From the NCBI GenBank assembly GCA_022822625.1, contig JAJEAV010000033.1:3500-67499 (forward strand): a stretch of 64,000 bases of DNA. Reading direction: 5' to 3'. Numbering within the stretch: position 1 is the stretch's first letter; each line of letters begins with the position of its first letter. The stretch is from Gammaproteobacteria bacterium (GTDB lineage Bacteria > Pseudomonadota > Gammaproteobacteria > Arenicellales > Poriferihabitantaceae). Of the stretch, positions 18,582 through 28,726 are shown in pieces. The notes under the pieces were generated by a model that was given only the letters and a program-made list of their open reading frames with translations, had not been told where the DNA came from and did no database searches. The translations under genes were made by a program, and so were the position numbers.

Positions 18582-20546
18582 ATGATTCCCGAACTCGGTC
18601 ATTTCTCACTGATTCTGGCTCTGGCTCTAGGCCTTCTCATGGCGACCCTGCCCTTGCTCGGCGCCTATCGGGGAGTCACGACCTGGATCGCCTTCGCCCA
18701 ACCCGCTGCACTGGCCCAGTTTATACTGATTTTATTTTCGTATTTCTGCCTAACCTGGGCCTTTCTCAACAATGACTTCTCTGTCGCATACACTGCAAAC
18801 CACTCCAACACCGAGCTTCCACTGATTTACAGGATTTCTGGGGTATGGGGCGGGCATGAGGGGTCCTTACTGCTCTGGATCCTTATCCTCTCAGGCTGGA
18901 CTACGGCGGTAGCCTTGTTTTCAAAATCCCTGCCCTCGTCGCTGTCAAGCCGGGTGATTGCCGTCATGGGCCTGATAAGTGTAGGCTTTCTGTTATTCAC
19001 CCTTCTCACCTCCAATCCATTTACCCGCTTATTTCCGGCACCACTGGAAGGACGCGATCTAAACCCCCTGCTTCAGGATTTTGGGCTTGCCATACACCCA
19101 CCCATGCTCTATTTGGGTTATGTGGGCTTCTCGGTACCGTTTGCATTTTCAATTGCAGCACTTCTAGGTGGTCGCTTTGATTCCGCATGGGTACGCTGGA
19201 CTCGCCCATGGGCGAACATGGCATGGGTATTTCTGACCATTGGAATTGCTTTGGGATCCTGGTGGGCCTACTACGAGCTCGGGTGGGGCGGCTGGTGGTT
19301 CTGGGATCCCGTGGAAAATGCCTCCTTCATGCCCTGGCTGGTTGGGACCGCTCTCATTCACTCCCTTGCCGCAACCGAAAAACGCGGGGTGTTCAAGGCC
19401 TGGTCTGTCCTGCTGGCAGTTCTCGCCTTTTCTCTTTCTCTGCTGGGTACATTCCTGGTCAGATCCGGCGTATTAATTTCCGTGCATGCGTTCGCAACTG
19501 ATCCAACAAGAGGTCTCTTCATTCTGATTTTTCTTGGCGTTGTCACTGGCAGTTCCCTACTGCTCTACGCCTACAGAACTTCGACCATAACAAGTCGAGT
19601 TCGATTTCATCCTGTTTCAAGGGAGATGATGATTCTCGTCAATAACGTCCTATTCGGGATCTTGTGTTTTTCGGTTCTGCTTGGAACGCTGTATCCACTG
19701 ATCTTTGATGCCCTCAACCTTGGCAAGATTTCCGTTGGGCCGCCCTATTTCGACTTCATCTTCACCTGGTTAGGTTTTCCGCTTCTTGTCGCAGTGGGTA
19801 CCGGTGCCTTGCTCAGGTGGAAAAAGGATGATTTCTCGCGAATGCAGAATCGAGTCCTGCTGGCGGTCACTGTATCCGCGCTTGTCGGTATTCTTACCCC
19901 CCTGGCCATGCCGTTTTACTCGTTCGGAGTTGTAGCCGGTATTACCGGAGGCACTCTGGTTATCCTGCTCAGTCTTTCGGTGGCTGGAGACAGAATGGGC
20001 CGGAATAACCGCTTGCACAACCTGCGAACAACACCACGGGCAATCTATGGAATGATCATCGCCCACATGGGGCTCGGAGTATTCATCATGGGTGTCGTCA
20101 TGACTACCGTCTACAGCATCGAAAAGGATGTTCGCATGCAGACCGGAGATCGGTATGAAATCGAGGACTATACTTTCGTATTTGAAGATGTGGTCAATCG
20201 TGAAGGTCCCAACTACAGTTCTGTGACCGGAATTTTCAATGTCTACAAATCCGGCCATCACGTTGCCTTGCTTGAACCGGAAAAGCGGGTTTATCGTATT
20301 CAGAAAAATCCGATGACTGAAGCAGCCATTGACCCGGGCTTTACCCGTGACCTGTATGTTGCGTTGGGTGAGCCGCTGGAGAATTCGCAAATATGGGCAG
20401 TCAGAATTTACTGGAAACCCTTTGTTCGCTGGATCTGGCTGGGTGCCATATTCATGGCTATCGGCGGACTTATGGGTGCAACCGATAAACGCTACCGCAA
20501 TCGTGTCAGAACCAGGGATCTTAAACCGGTTCATACTCCAGCATGA
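18582..20546 (+). CDS. ccmF: Cytochrome c heme lyase subunit CcmF
   Basis: A 654 aa polytopic protein with the WWD motif 'WGGWWFWDPVENASFMPW'. Confidence 0.9.
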   Translation: MIPELGHFSLILALALGLLMATLPLLGAYRGVTTWIAFAQPAALAQFILILFSYFCLTWAFLNNDFSVAYTANHSNTELPLIYRISGVWGGHEGSLLLWILILSGWTTAVALFSKSLPSSLSSRVIAVMGLISVGFLLFTLLTSNPFTRLFPAPLEGRDLNPLLQDFGLAIHPPMLYLGYVGFSVPFAFSIAALLGGRFDSAWVRWTRPWANMAWVFLTIGIALGSWWAYYELGWGGWWFWDPVENASFMPWLVGTALIHSLAATEKRGVFKAWSVLLAVLAFSLSLLGTFLVRSGVLISVHAFATDPTRGLFILIFLGVVTGSSLLLYAYRTSTITSRVRFHPVSREMMILVNNVLFGILCFSVLLGTLYPLIFDALNLGKISVGPPYFDFIFTWLGFPLLVAVGTGALLRWKKDDFSRMQNRVLLAVTVSALVGILTPLAMPFYSFGVVAGITGGTLVILLSLSVAGDRMGRNNRLHNLRTTPRAIYGMIIAHMGLGVFIMGVVMTTVYSIEKDVRMQTGDRYEIEDYTFVFEDVVNREGPNYSSVTGIFNVYKSGHHVALLEPEKRVYRIQKNPMTEAAIDPGFTRDLYVALGEPLENSQIWAVRIYWKPFVRWIWLGAIFMAIGGLMGATDKRYRNRVRTRDLKPVHTPA

Positions 20547-21094
20547 ACCGGTCACACAAGCGATACAAGGGAATATGGCCGTTCGTTGTTTTCTGCGGAT
20601 TGGCTGTTCTTCTCTACATTTCCCTGGGAAAAAACCCGGAACACATCCCCTCTCCCCTAATCGGAAAACCCGCACCGGAATTCACATTACCAGATTTGCA
20701 GAACCGGCATCTACTCTCCAGAGAGGACATGGAAGGCAGCGTCTGGCTTCTCAATGTCTGGGCATCGTGGTGTGTAGCCTGTGTTCAGGAGCATCCGCTT
20801 CTGAATGACCTGTCGAACAATGGTGTTGTACAAATCGTGGGATTGAATTACAAGGATATACGGGGCGATGCCATGGAGTGGCTGGAAAGGCATGGCAACC
20901 CCTATAGCTTTATTGCCGTGGACGCCACCGGTGATGTAGGGATAGATTATGGAGTGTATGGGGTTCCCGAAACCTTCTTGATTGACAGGAATGGGCATAT
21001 TCAATACAAGCACGTAGGTCCGTTGACTCCGGAAGTTATCAGTCAGCAGATTCTTCCACGGGTCAACCTCTTGCGAAAGCAGGGGTCATCATGA
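20543..21094 (+). CDS. ccmG: Thiol:disulfide interchange protein CcmG/DsbE
   Basis: N-terminal anchor and thioredoxin motif 'WASWCVACVQEHP'. There is an ATGA overlap with ccmF. Confidence 0.9.
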   Translation: MNRSHKRYKGIWPFVVFCGLAVLLYISLGKNPEHIPSPLIGKPAPEFTLPDLQNRHLLSREDMEGSVWLLNVWASWCVACVQEHPLLNDLSNNGVVQIVGLNYKDIRGDAMEWLERHGNPYSFIAVDATGDVGIDYGVYGVPETFLIDRNGHIQYKHVGPLTPEVISQQILPRVNLLRKQGSS

Positions 21095-21594
21095 TTCGGG
21101 CAATTCCGATCAGTAAATTGTCCAGGATTCTGCTTGTCTCGATACTGTTTGCACCAACCCTGTCCTTTGTCGGGTTTGCGGCTGAGCCACTGCCCGAACT
21201 GCCGACCAGTGAACAACAAAGGACCTATGATCGGTTAATCCGAGAGCTGCGCTGTCTGGTATGCAAGAACCAGAACTTGCTAGACTCGAATGCCGAGCTG
21301 GCTGCGGACCTGAGAAAAAAGACCCACGAACTGGTCATTGAAGGCAAGGACTATCAGGAAGTCGTAGAGTACATGACCGATCGATTTGGACCATTCGTAA
21401 TGTATCGCCCTCCTCTCAAGATCTCGACATACGCCCTCTGGGGGCTACCCTTTCTCGGGTTTGTGCTGGTTCTGACCCTGACTATTTACCGCATCCGCAA
21501 GCGCTTGCAAATTCAATTGCCGGAACTCGGTGACAATGAACGACATGCCGCAGACGATTTACTGGAAAAACGTAAAAGAGATTCCCGTTCGTGA
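21091..21594 (+). CDS. ccmH: Cytochrome c-type biogenesis protein CcmH
   Basis: 'LRCLVCKNQNLLDSNA' CxxC motif and a C-terminal TM segment. Confidence 0.85.
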   Translation: MIRAIPISKLSRILLVSILFAPTLSFVGFAAEPLPELPTSEQQRTYDRLIRELRCLVCKNQNLLDSNAELAADLRKKTHELVIEGKDYQEVVEYMTDRFGPFVMYRPPLKISTYALWGLPFLGFVLVLTLTIYRIRKRLQIQLPELGDNERHAADDLLEKRKRDSRS

Positions 21595-22778
21595 TTCCGA
21601 CCCTGATCATTCTGCTGCTGTTTGCGGTCGCCATTGTTGCGGTTTTGCCCGCATTACTGAATCGCTCCCGTATTACACAGGATGAACGAGAACAATCCAA
21701 TGCGGATATTGCTCTTGATCGAATATGGGAAATCAGGGACATGGCCAATGAGGACCGCATCGAGGCAGAAAATGAAATCAGGGACAACCTGCTGGAAGAT
21801 ACAAGAACCACGGAAACTGCAGCCTGTAAAACTATTCCGTTTCGGCATTCGCTCTGGATTCCGGTTTTCCTGATCGGAATCTCGACAGGCCTGTATTTTC
21901 AGATTGGCAATCCCGGTTTGATGTTTGATGCTTCGCTAGCCCAGCATGCGGAAGCCGTTCATACTCCGGAAAACATCGAGACGATGATTCGCCAACTCGA
22001 AGAGAAGATTGAAGAAGACCCCGATAACATCGAGGCCCTGCAGATTGCCGGGCAAGTATATTCAGCCAGAGGTAATTCCATCAAGGCAGAGGCGGTATAT
22101 CGCAGGCTGAATGACCTGTCGCCAGGCAATCCTGACTATCTCGCGGGTCTTGCGAATGCAGTCATCCTGAATAACAACGACACCTATACCCCGGAAGCCG
22201 AATCATTCGTCAGACAGGCCCTGACGATTGACCCGCAACATCAGAATGCATTGTGGATATCAGCCCTGGGAGCAAGTAGCCGAGGTGAAATGGAAGACTC
22301 TATCCGACAACTGGAAATCCTGCTGACAATGGTCCAGAACGAGGAAGAAGTGCGTCAGTCGCTATTGGCGATGATTGCACAACAGCGGGCAATGTTAAAC
22401 AGCGAATCTGAAACCGATCAGGCTGGTGCAGGTAAAACCCTGACCGTTGAAGTCGTACTGGATGAACATCTGTCCGGGATGATCTCATCAACCGATACTG
22501 TTTTTGTAATCGCCAGAGCTGCCAACGGGCCTCCGGCACCGCTTGCTGTCCGTAAACTGGTTGTTGAGGACTTGCCGATAACCGTGAGCCTTTCAAGTGC
22601 CCATTCCATGATTGAAACCATGACGGTGGATGACTTTGAAGATATCATTATTCAGGCACGGATTTCGAAAAGCGGAACGGCCCGCTCAGGTCCGGGTGAT
22701 ATCGTGAGCAAACCAGTCCTGATCTCAGGCAAACCCGAAAATACTCTATCTTTGACTATCAACGATATCCTTGAATAG
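21591..22778 (+). CDS. ccmI: Cytochrome c-type biogenesis protein CcmI (TPR-containing)
   Basis: The GTG start overlaps the ccmH stop. It has an N-terminal TM segment and a TPR-like central region, and occupies the last position of the ccm cluster. Confidence 0.7.
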   Translation: MIPTLIILLLFAVAIVAVLPALLNRSRITQDEREQSNADIALDRIWEIRDMANEDRIEAENEIRDNLLEDTRTTETAACKTIPFRHSLWIPVFLIGISTGLYFQIGNPGLMFDASLAQHAEAVHTPENIETMIRQLEEKIEEDPDNIEALQIAGQVYSARGNSIKAEAVYRRLNDLSPGNPDYLAGLANAVILNNNDTYTPEAESFVRQALTIDPQHQNALWISALGASSRGEMEDSIRQLEILLTMVQNEEEVRQSLLAMIAQQRAMLNSESETDQAGAGKTLTVEVVLDEHLSGMISSTDTVFVIARAANGPPAPLAVRKLVVEDLPITVSLSSAHSMIETMTVDDFEDIIIQARISKSGTARSGPGDIVSKPVLISGKPENTLSLTINDILE

Positions 22779-22856
22779 TCGATTCAGCATTGAATGATGA
22801 CTGACGGATAACAACCGTTAGAGCGGAATCCCATCTAATTCAGGCAGGGCGCAGTA

Positions 22857-23501
22857 TTACTTTGGCTTTTCGGAAACAAGCGGCGGCGGAGACTGCCCTG
22901 GGCTAGTGAGTTTTGCACCACTAACATCATTTTTTTCACTTTGGAGGCTTTGTTGAGATGGCTTCTGGGTCGTATTCAACTTGATGGGATCAATAGGCCT
23001 TGCCTTCGGTATTTCTGCAGGCGGTTTTTGAGGTTGACGAACTTTTCCAGCATTTTCACCAACCCTTTTCTTGGCAATGCTCTGTCCGTGGAAGGAACTG
23101 ACTGCATCAATGGTCAATTGATCCGCAGACAGGGTGCCTTCGACATTACCACCAGCGATCAGCTCAATTCTGTCGAAGTCGGCATTTCCAACGAAGCGAC
23201 CGGAAATAACCAGCCTGACCCCAAAAATATCCCCCTCAACATAACCGGTCTGACCGATGATTACAGTGGAATTGGAATGAATCTCACCCTTGAAGTTACC
23301 GTCAATATGCAGGTCATGCTTATCATTTCTGACTTCAAGTCTACCAGTCAACTCAATTCCATGACCAATTGACGTAAGTCCATCCGAAGAGTCTCCTGCC
23401 AGTTTACGAACCGGATTCGCCTTGGGTTTTTCTATCATGTCCAATGGCCCCATAATAGGAGTGCCACTGTTATCGTCTGCAGTTTTCTTGAATAACGACA
23501 T
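22857..23501 (-). CDS. Bactofilin-family cytoskeletal protein
   Basis: Beta-helical repeats 'GRLEVRNDKHDLHIDGNFKGEIHSNSTVIIGQTGYVEGDIFGVRLVISGRFVGNADFDRIELIAGGNVEGTL' with a P/Q/K-rich C-terminal tail. Confidence 0.8.
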   Translation of the reverse strand: MSLFKKTADDNSGTPIMGPLDMIEKPKANPVRKLAGDSSDGLTSIGHGIELTGRLEVRNDKHDLHIDGNFKGEIHSNSTVIIGQTGYVEGDIFGVRLVISGRFVGNADFDRIELIAGGNVEGTLSADQLTIDAVSSFHGQSIAKKRVGENAGKVRQPQKPPAEIPKARPIDPIKLNTTQKPSQQSLQSEKNDVSGAKLTSPGQSPPPLVSEKPK

Positions 23502-23519
23502 TGGATATTTTCTCTTTTG

Positions 23520-23876
23520 TTATTGAGGTCTATGCTGAACAGTCCGCCTCAGGTCGTTCAACTCCTGAATTGTATCATCAGATTCATATGGAATCTTACA
23601 GAGGTTGGGGGGGTTCCTTGAGATCAACATGTAATTCGCGATCAAGACCGGATGCCCCCAATAACCTATCCGGGTAATAATCATATACGAAACAATGCGC
23701 TTATTCCGGAAGGATTGTGCCGTTACCATGAGTCTGCGTAGAAAAAACAGCTCTCCCCTGATGCAGGCTAGACAACCTTTTCCACATGTGCACCCGGAAT
23801 TTTCGGGGTTGAGCGGATATGAAAGGTCAGGTGCCGATTGTCGTATAATCGGAGTCTCCCAGGGCCTATACTGCAT
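23520..23876 (-). CDS. Hypothetical protein (doubtful ORF upstream of bactofilin)
   Basis: This is only an open frame of 118 aa. I recognise no motif and the composition is odd (Cys/Arg/Pro-rich N-terminus). It is listed because it is the only long ORF in a 425-nt gap. Confidence 0.2.
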   Translation of the reverse strand: MQYRPWETPIIRQSAPDLSYPLNPENSGCTCGKGCLACIRGELFFLRRLMVTAQSFRNKRIVSYMIITRIGYWGHPVLIANYMLISRNPPNLCKIPYESDDTIQELNDLRRTVQHRPQ

Positions 23877-23927
23877 ATTGCATTTGCGCCCCGGAAATCC
23901 AACCTCTTTCCAAACTCGTAATTCATC

Positions 23928-24761
23928 ATGAACATATCCAATCTGGAAAATACCATCACTGAAGCATGGCAGGAGCGCGAGAATATCGCTCCGAACACTG
24001 TTTCATCCGACATTGAAAATGCCGTACGTACAAGCATTGATCTTCTTGATACCGGTCAGTTGCGCGTCGCTGAACCCAGTGCACAGGGATGGAGAGTAAA
24101 TGAGTGGTTGAAAATGGCCGTACTGCTCTCCTTTCGTATTGATGAGAACAGGGTCATGGGATCTAGCCCAACCCGGTACTATGACAAGGTTGAAACCAAG
24201 TTCAATGACTACGATGAGAGTGCCTTTGCCAGTAGCAGATTCCGGGTAGTACCGCCTGCAGTCGTCAGGAAAGGCGCCTATATTGCCAACGATGTCATAT
24301 TGATGCCGAGTTATGTAAACATCGGAGCTTATGTGGGCGAGAAAACCATGGTCGATACCTGGGCGACCGTTGGCAGTTGTGCCCAGATTGGCGCAAATGT
24401 CCACCTTTCGGGAGGTGTCGGTATCGGTGGAGTACTGGAACCCTTGCAGGCATCTCCGACCATCATTGAAGACGATTGCTTTATCGGGGCTCGAAGTGAA
24501 GTCGTTGAGGGGGTAGTCGTGGGCAAGGGGTCGGTTATATCAATGGGAGTCTATCTGGGTCAGAGTACTCGCATATATGATCGTGAAAGTGGAAAAACAA
24601 CTTATGGATATATACCTCCTGGATCGGTTGTCGTGTCTGGTTCACTACCCGCTAAAGATGGAAGTCACAGCCTGTATTGTGCAGTCATTGTCAAAAGGGT
24701 CGATGAAAAAACCCGGAAGAAAGTCGGCATCAATGACCTGATTCGAAACATCCAGCCCTGA
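23928..24761 (+). CDS. dapD: 2,3,4,5-tetrahydropyridine-2,6-dicarboxylate N-succinyltransferase
   Basis: Hexapeptide-repeat region '[39 protein letters not shown]', 277 aa length, and a typical N-terminal helical domain. Confidence 0.9.
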   Translation: MNISNLENTITEAWQERENIAPNTVSSDIENAVRTSIDLLDTGQLRVAEPSAQGWRVNEWLKMAVLLSFRIDENRVMGSSPTRYYDKVETKFNDYDESAFASSRFRVVPPAVVRKGAYIANDVILMPSYVNIGAYVGEKTMVDTWATVGSCAQIGANVHLSGGVGIGGVLEPLQASPTIIEDDCFIGARSEVVEGVVVGKGSVISMGVYLGQSTRIYDRESGKTTYGYIPPGSVVVSGSLPAKDGSHSLYCAVIVKRVDEKTRKKVGINDLIRNIQP

Positions 24762-24774
24762 TTTTGCGGCTGGT

Positions 24775-26130
24775 CTACTGGACCGGAAACTCGATTTTCA
24801 GCAAGGTGCCGCCCAACGGGCTCGAAGCGATATTCAGAATCCCGGAGTAGCGTTCCACGATATCATTGACCAGGGACAAACCAATTCCCTGTCCGGATGC
24901 ACGTTCATCCAGTCTGACGCCTCTCTTTAGAATATTCTCACGATTTTCCGGGTTGATGCCCGGACCATCATCATGGATTTCAATTACCAGCCCGTCATGC
25001 ACGGCATTCGATTTCCGGATCGATGATGTTCGACACACAATCTCCTGATTTGCCCACTTGAAGGCATTTTCCAGAACATTGCCCAACAGTTCAAACAAGT
25101 CTCCTTCATCACCAAAAAAATTAACCCCGGATTCAAGTTCCCACTTGACGTTCAACCCTCTGTCTGCATGGATTTTCCGGAGCGACTCATGTAGCCGGAG
25201 CAGGACTTTTTCAACCTCTACTGCCTTGTGGATGAGCGAGAATTCGGAAGAAGATGCGCGCTTCAACTGATATTCAACAATGCTGTTCATGTCTCCGGCC
25301 AGTTCTTCCAGCCGTTTACGGTCTGGAGAATCCCTTCCTCCGATCATGATGGTAATTTCTGCGAGAGGAGTTTTCAGGCTGTGCGCAAGATCTGCCAGTG
25401 CATTGCGGTAACGAGTCAGGTTCTTTCGCTCATTTTCGATAAACAGATTGATTCGCGTGCTCAACTGGGCAATCTCCTCCGGATATTGCCCCATGATCTT
25501 CTCCTGATGCTTGTGTTCAATATGATCGAGTTCGCGAATGACTTGGCGCAATGGACTCAGTCCCCAAAACAGGCTGACCATCTGGACAAGCAGCAACACC
25601 AGGCCTGTTAGTCCCAGAGTCTTGAACAGCGTCCAGCGAAAATCATGAATTCGCTCAACATGTACGCTCGCATCATCCACCAGTACCAAAGTGATATCCC
25701 GACTAATGCCGAAGCGGATCCAGCCAACCGTCAGGCTGGCAATAAATGGGCTGTCAAGATGATTTCCAGAGCGAAACACGTCCACTTCCATTCCCAGATT
25801 TCTGGGAAGATAATCTGCAAGGTTAATCTTGGCCGCAGACATGGAACGCCATAGTTCGCGGTTCCGTCCATCCAGGATAAATGCGAACAGCCCGGAATCT
25901 TCACGAAACAGGCGCGGCTCTGCAAATCGACTGATATACATGGCGTGTTCTCTTGGGTTTTCCAATGCAAACATCAGAGCATGAAGGTTGGCCTGCATTT
26001 CTCCCGCTACGGAATTGGAGGAACTTGAAATAAAATTTCGATCAAGCACCCAGGTCGTAACCCCCAGAATCAGGAGCAGAATCAGCACAAAAGCGCACAG
26101 TAGCCTGACTCTGAGGGAAGTCTGTTTCAA
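24775..26130 (-). CDS. Two-component sensor histidine kinase (PhoQ-like topology)
   Basis: Two TM segments flank a periplasmic domain. H-box 'LADLAHSLKTPLA', N-box 'LLGNVLENAFKW', and G-boxes 'DDGPGI...GQGIGLSLV' are present. Confidence 0.85.
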   Translation of the reverse strand: MKQTSLRVRLLCAFVLILLLILGVTTWVLDRNFISSSSNSVAGEMQANLHALMFALENPREHAMYISRFAEPRLFREDSGLFAFILDGRNRELWRSMSAAKINLADYLPRNLGMEVDVFRSGNHLDSPFIASLTVGWIRFGISRDITLVLVDDASVHVERIHDFRWTLFKTLGLTGLVLLLVQMVSLFWGLSPLRQVIRELDHIEHKHQEKIMGQYPEEIAQLSTRINLFIENERKNLTRYRNALADLAHSLKTPLAEITIMIGGRDSPDRKRLEELAGDMNSIVEYQLKRASSSEFSLIHKAVEVEKVLLRLHESLRKIHADRGLNVKWELESGVNFFGDEGDLFELLGNVLENAFKWANQEIVCRTSSIRKSNAVHDGLVIEIHDDGPGINPENRENILKRGVRLDERASGQGIGLSLVNDIVERYSGILNIASSPLGGTLLKIEFPVQ

Positions 26131-26170
26131 GTCAGAAAAGGCAGAACCAGCCCTTGTTGGCTGTTTTCAT

Positions 26171-26848
26171 TCAGCCCGGATTCTGAATGAACTGGTAGCC
26201 GCGACCGCGCAAGGTTCTGATAAACCGTTCACGGTTTTCGGGGTCAAGCTTTGATCGAAGACGGCCTACCAATACTTCGATAACGTTGCTGTCCGGATCT
26301 TCATCGTCGCGATAGAGCTGATCGGCGAATTCCATTTTGGTCATGACCTTGCCGATGTTCAGCATCATGTGGCGCAAAAGAATAAATTCATACGCAGTCA
26401 AATCCATTTTCTCGCCTTCAACGAATACATCCTGGGTAATGGTATTCAGCGTAATCGCGCCATTGGCAAGGGTAGAACTGCTATGCCCGGAAGCGCGTCG
26501 TATATGAGCATCAATGCGGGCCTTGAGTTCCTCGAAATAAAATGGCTTGGTCAGATAATCATCGGCCCCCGACTCGAGACCCTCGACCTTTTGTCTCCAG
26601 TGTGTCCGTCCGGTAAGAATAAGAATGGGATAGGTCTTGTCGCTGGCACGCAATTTCCTGATTAATTCGATACCGGTCAATTTGGGGAGTCCAATGTCAA
26701 TAATTGCAAAATCAACCGGATACTCAAGCCCAAGAAAAAGGCCTTCTTCCCCATCAGTGGCAGCATCGACCATATATCCGCTTTCCTTCAGTTTTGCAGT
26801 CAACTGCAAACCAAGGTCCTTTTCATCTTCGACGAGCAGTATTCTCAT
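26171..26848 (-). CDS. OmpR/PhoB-family response regulator
   Basis: 'MRILLVEDEKDL', receiver Asp context 'FAIIDIGLPKLTG', and winged-helix 'IRTLRGRGYQF'. Confidence 0.9.
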   Translation of the reverse strand: MRILLVEDEKDLGLQLTAKLKESGYMVDAATDGEEGLFLGLEYPVDFAIIDIGLPKLTGIELIRKLRASDKTYPILILTGRTHWRQKVEGLESGADDYLTKPFYFEELKARIDAHIRRASGHSSSTLANGAITLNTITQDVFVEGEKMDLTAYEFILLRHMMLNIGKVMTKMEFADQLYRDDEDPDSNVIEVLVGRLRSKLDPENRERFIRTLRGRGYQFIQNPG

Positions 26849-27144
26849 TGAGTCAATACTCCCAGGTCAGGTTCCATTGGGTCAACATCAATGATGACCA
26901 GTTTTCCATCATATCTTTGCAGTTTGAATCGGTAATATCGAATCCCGGTATTATCCTCCTTGTCGAAATACTGGAGTATTGTCCATGCCTTGTATTGCTG
27001 GATATCACGCACTATGTCATGGATACTGGCATGAGTAATGACTTGATGTTGGGTACTGGACTGGGGTTGTTGGGCATTGACATCGAAAGCAGCTCCAGAC
27101 AACAGGGCTATGACACCAGGCAGAATGAGCGGCTTTTTGAACAT
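26845..27144 (-). CDS. PepSY-like small periplasmic protein
   Basis: The internal ATG at 27144 gives signal peptide 'MFKKPLILPGVIALLSGAAFDVNA'. The C-terminus 'YRFKLQRYDGKLVIIDVDP' is PepSY-like. The stop overlaps the response-regulator ATG. Confidence 0.55.
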   Translation of the reverse strand: MFKKPLILPGVIALLSGAAFDVNAQQPQSSTQHQVITHASIHDIVRDIQQYKAWTILQYFDKEDNTGIRYYRFKLQRYDGKLVIIDVDPMEPDLGVLTQ

Positions 27145-27193
27145 CGGTCGAGACCAGAATATCAATAGGCAGAATTTTATCGATCGGACAGGC

Positions 27194-27760
27194 TTATTCC
27201 ACCGGCAGTACGCTGACTCGTACCCTGATGGACTGACCGGGATGATTCCTGGTTCGCGCCTTGAACAACTGACCATCATACTCGTAGGTCACATCATAAC
27301 CCTGAAAACTTCGTTCGGTCGAGATATTGCTGACGGTTCGACAGCGTTGTTCATAAACGGTCCTTCCATCGCTGGCTCTCTGGTTCTTCTTTTCGATATC
27401 ATGACCGATGGAACCACCAAGTACTGCACCAGCGAGAGTTGCGACGTCCCTGCCCTTCCCGGAACCGAATTCATTGCCAACACTGCCCCCGATAATCGCC
27501 CCGAGGATGGCCGGGGTAGTTGAATAATCATCGGATTCGACCCGAACCGGCTCCTGCCAGCACTCCTGTGTAGGAGTATTGACCTGAACGGTCTGATAGA
27601 CAGGTTCGGATCCAGTCACACGTGCTTCAGTGATCATTGATGAAGATTGCGCCATGACACCTACAGACCAGCATGTCGACACGACTGACGCAAGGACCAC
27701 ATGCACGATTTGCCGGAGATTGGGTTGAATGAACGTCATGATGAAAGTACTAATACGCAA
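27194..27760 (-). CDS. Glycine-zipper 2TM / 17-kDa-antigen-like outer-membrane protein
   Basis: 'AILGAIIGGSVGNEFGSGKGRDVATLAGAVLGGSIGHDI'. The N-terminus is signal-like. The start may be the ATG at 27739 rather than the TTG at 27760. Confidence 0.65.
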   Translation of the reverse strand: MRISTFIMTFIQPNLRQIVHVVLASVVSTCWSVGVMAQSSSMITEARVTGSEPVYQTVQVNTPTQECWQEPVRVESDDYSTTPAILGAIIGGSVGNEFGSGKGRDVATLAGAVLGGSIGHDIEKKNQRASDGRTVYEQRCRTVSNISTERSFQGYDVTYEYDGQLFKARTRNHPGQSIRVRVSVLPVE

Positions 27761-27807
27761 TTTTCTTATTCTCCATCATAATAGGCAAGCATGAACATTG
27801 GCTGAAT

Positions 27808-27830
27808 AAAAAAAGTTCCGGCACAGGAAC
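27808..27830 (-). terminator. Candidate Rho-independent terminator downstream of fkpA
   Basis: The minus strand reads GTTCC-TGTGCC-GGAAC followed by TTTTTTT, beginning 11 nt after the fkpA stop. The stem is short (5 bp). Confidence 0.4.
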
Positions 27831-27840
27831 CGGGAACGGT

Positions 27841-28563
27841 TTACGAGTTTGATGATTTCATCACCTCGATCAATTCAATTTCGAATACGAGTGCCTGATT
27901 GGGACCAATCACGTTTTCGACACCCGTTTCTCCGTATGCCATCTCGGGAGGCAGTACAACTTGCCAGATATCTCCAGGGCGCATTAACTGCAGAACTTCG
28001 CTCCATCCAGGGACAATTCCGGTTAGGGAAAAGCGCGCCGGAGTGTCCCGGGTACGACTACTGTCAAATACGGTTCCATCGATCAATTTTCCTTCATAGT
28101 GAACTATTACCGTATCCTGAAGGCTCGGTGAGTGCCCTGATGGGTCACCTGACTCAATGATCAGATACTGAACGCCGGATTCTGTAACAGCAACCCCTTC
28201 CCTTGCCTTGTTTCCCTCAAGAAATGCGAGGCTCTTTTCGGCATTATCCTGTGCCTGTCGTGCCATTTCCTGCTGCATTCGCTGTTGCCTTGCAACAATT
28301 ATTTCGGCCATTTCCTGTTCAGTCATATCGGGTTCGGCATTCATCAATGACGCCGTGACCGCATCGGAAAAAACAGCCATGTCAAGATCCGGAATTGCCT
28401 GAATCTGAGCCATGATACTCTGTCCGATCTGATAGCCGATGGCATAGCTAAATTTCCCGTTTTCATTATCCAGACTAGATTGATCCTGAGATTGCGCAAT
28501 GGAACTGGCCAGGACCGATGTAAAAAATACGGTGATTATCGTTAATGTTTTCCTGAATTGCAT
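27841..28563 (-). CDS. fkpA: FKBP-type peptidyl-prolyl cis-trans isomerase (FkpA/Mip-like, secreted)
   Basis: Signal peptide 'MQFRKTLTIITVFFTSVLASSIA', an FKBP_N-like helical region, 'VIVHYEGKLIDGTVFDSS', and 'GWSEVLQLMRPGDIWQVVLPPEMAYG'. Confidence 0.85.
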   Translation of the reverse strand: MQFRKTLTIITVFFTSVLASSIAQSQDQSSLDNENGKFSYAIGYQIGQSIMAQIQAIPDLDMAVFSDAVTASLMNAEPDMTEQEMAEIIVARQQRMQQEMARQAQDNAEKSLAFLEGNKAREGVAVTESGVQYLIIESGDPSGHSPSLQDTVIVHYEGKLIDGTVFDSSRTRDTPARFSLTGIVPGWSEVLQLMRPGDIWQVVLPPEMAYGETGVENVIGPNQALVFEIELIEVMKSSNS

Positions 28564-28726
28564 GTGCGTTGAACCTCAGAACGAAAGCTTGAATAAAAAA
28601 AGCAAGTATAACTGAAATGATTGTGAGGGGACTTCTCGGTCACAGCCGATCACATGAATGGATAATGCACATACTGCTGTGCAATTATCTGCCTGGCCTG
28701 CTACCCAAATATCGGTGGAGAAGTTG

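Noticed and set aside
19770-20675. A 301-aa minus-strand ORF, plus several other 60-140-aa antisense ORFs across the ccm operon.
   Set aside because: It lies entirely antisense to ccmF/ccmG, whose plus-strand products carry unambiguous motifs (WWD, CxxC). The antisense translation is low-complexity and motif-free.
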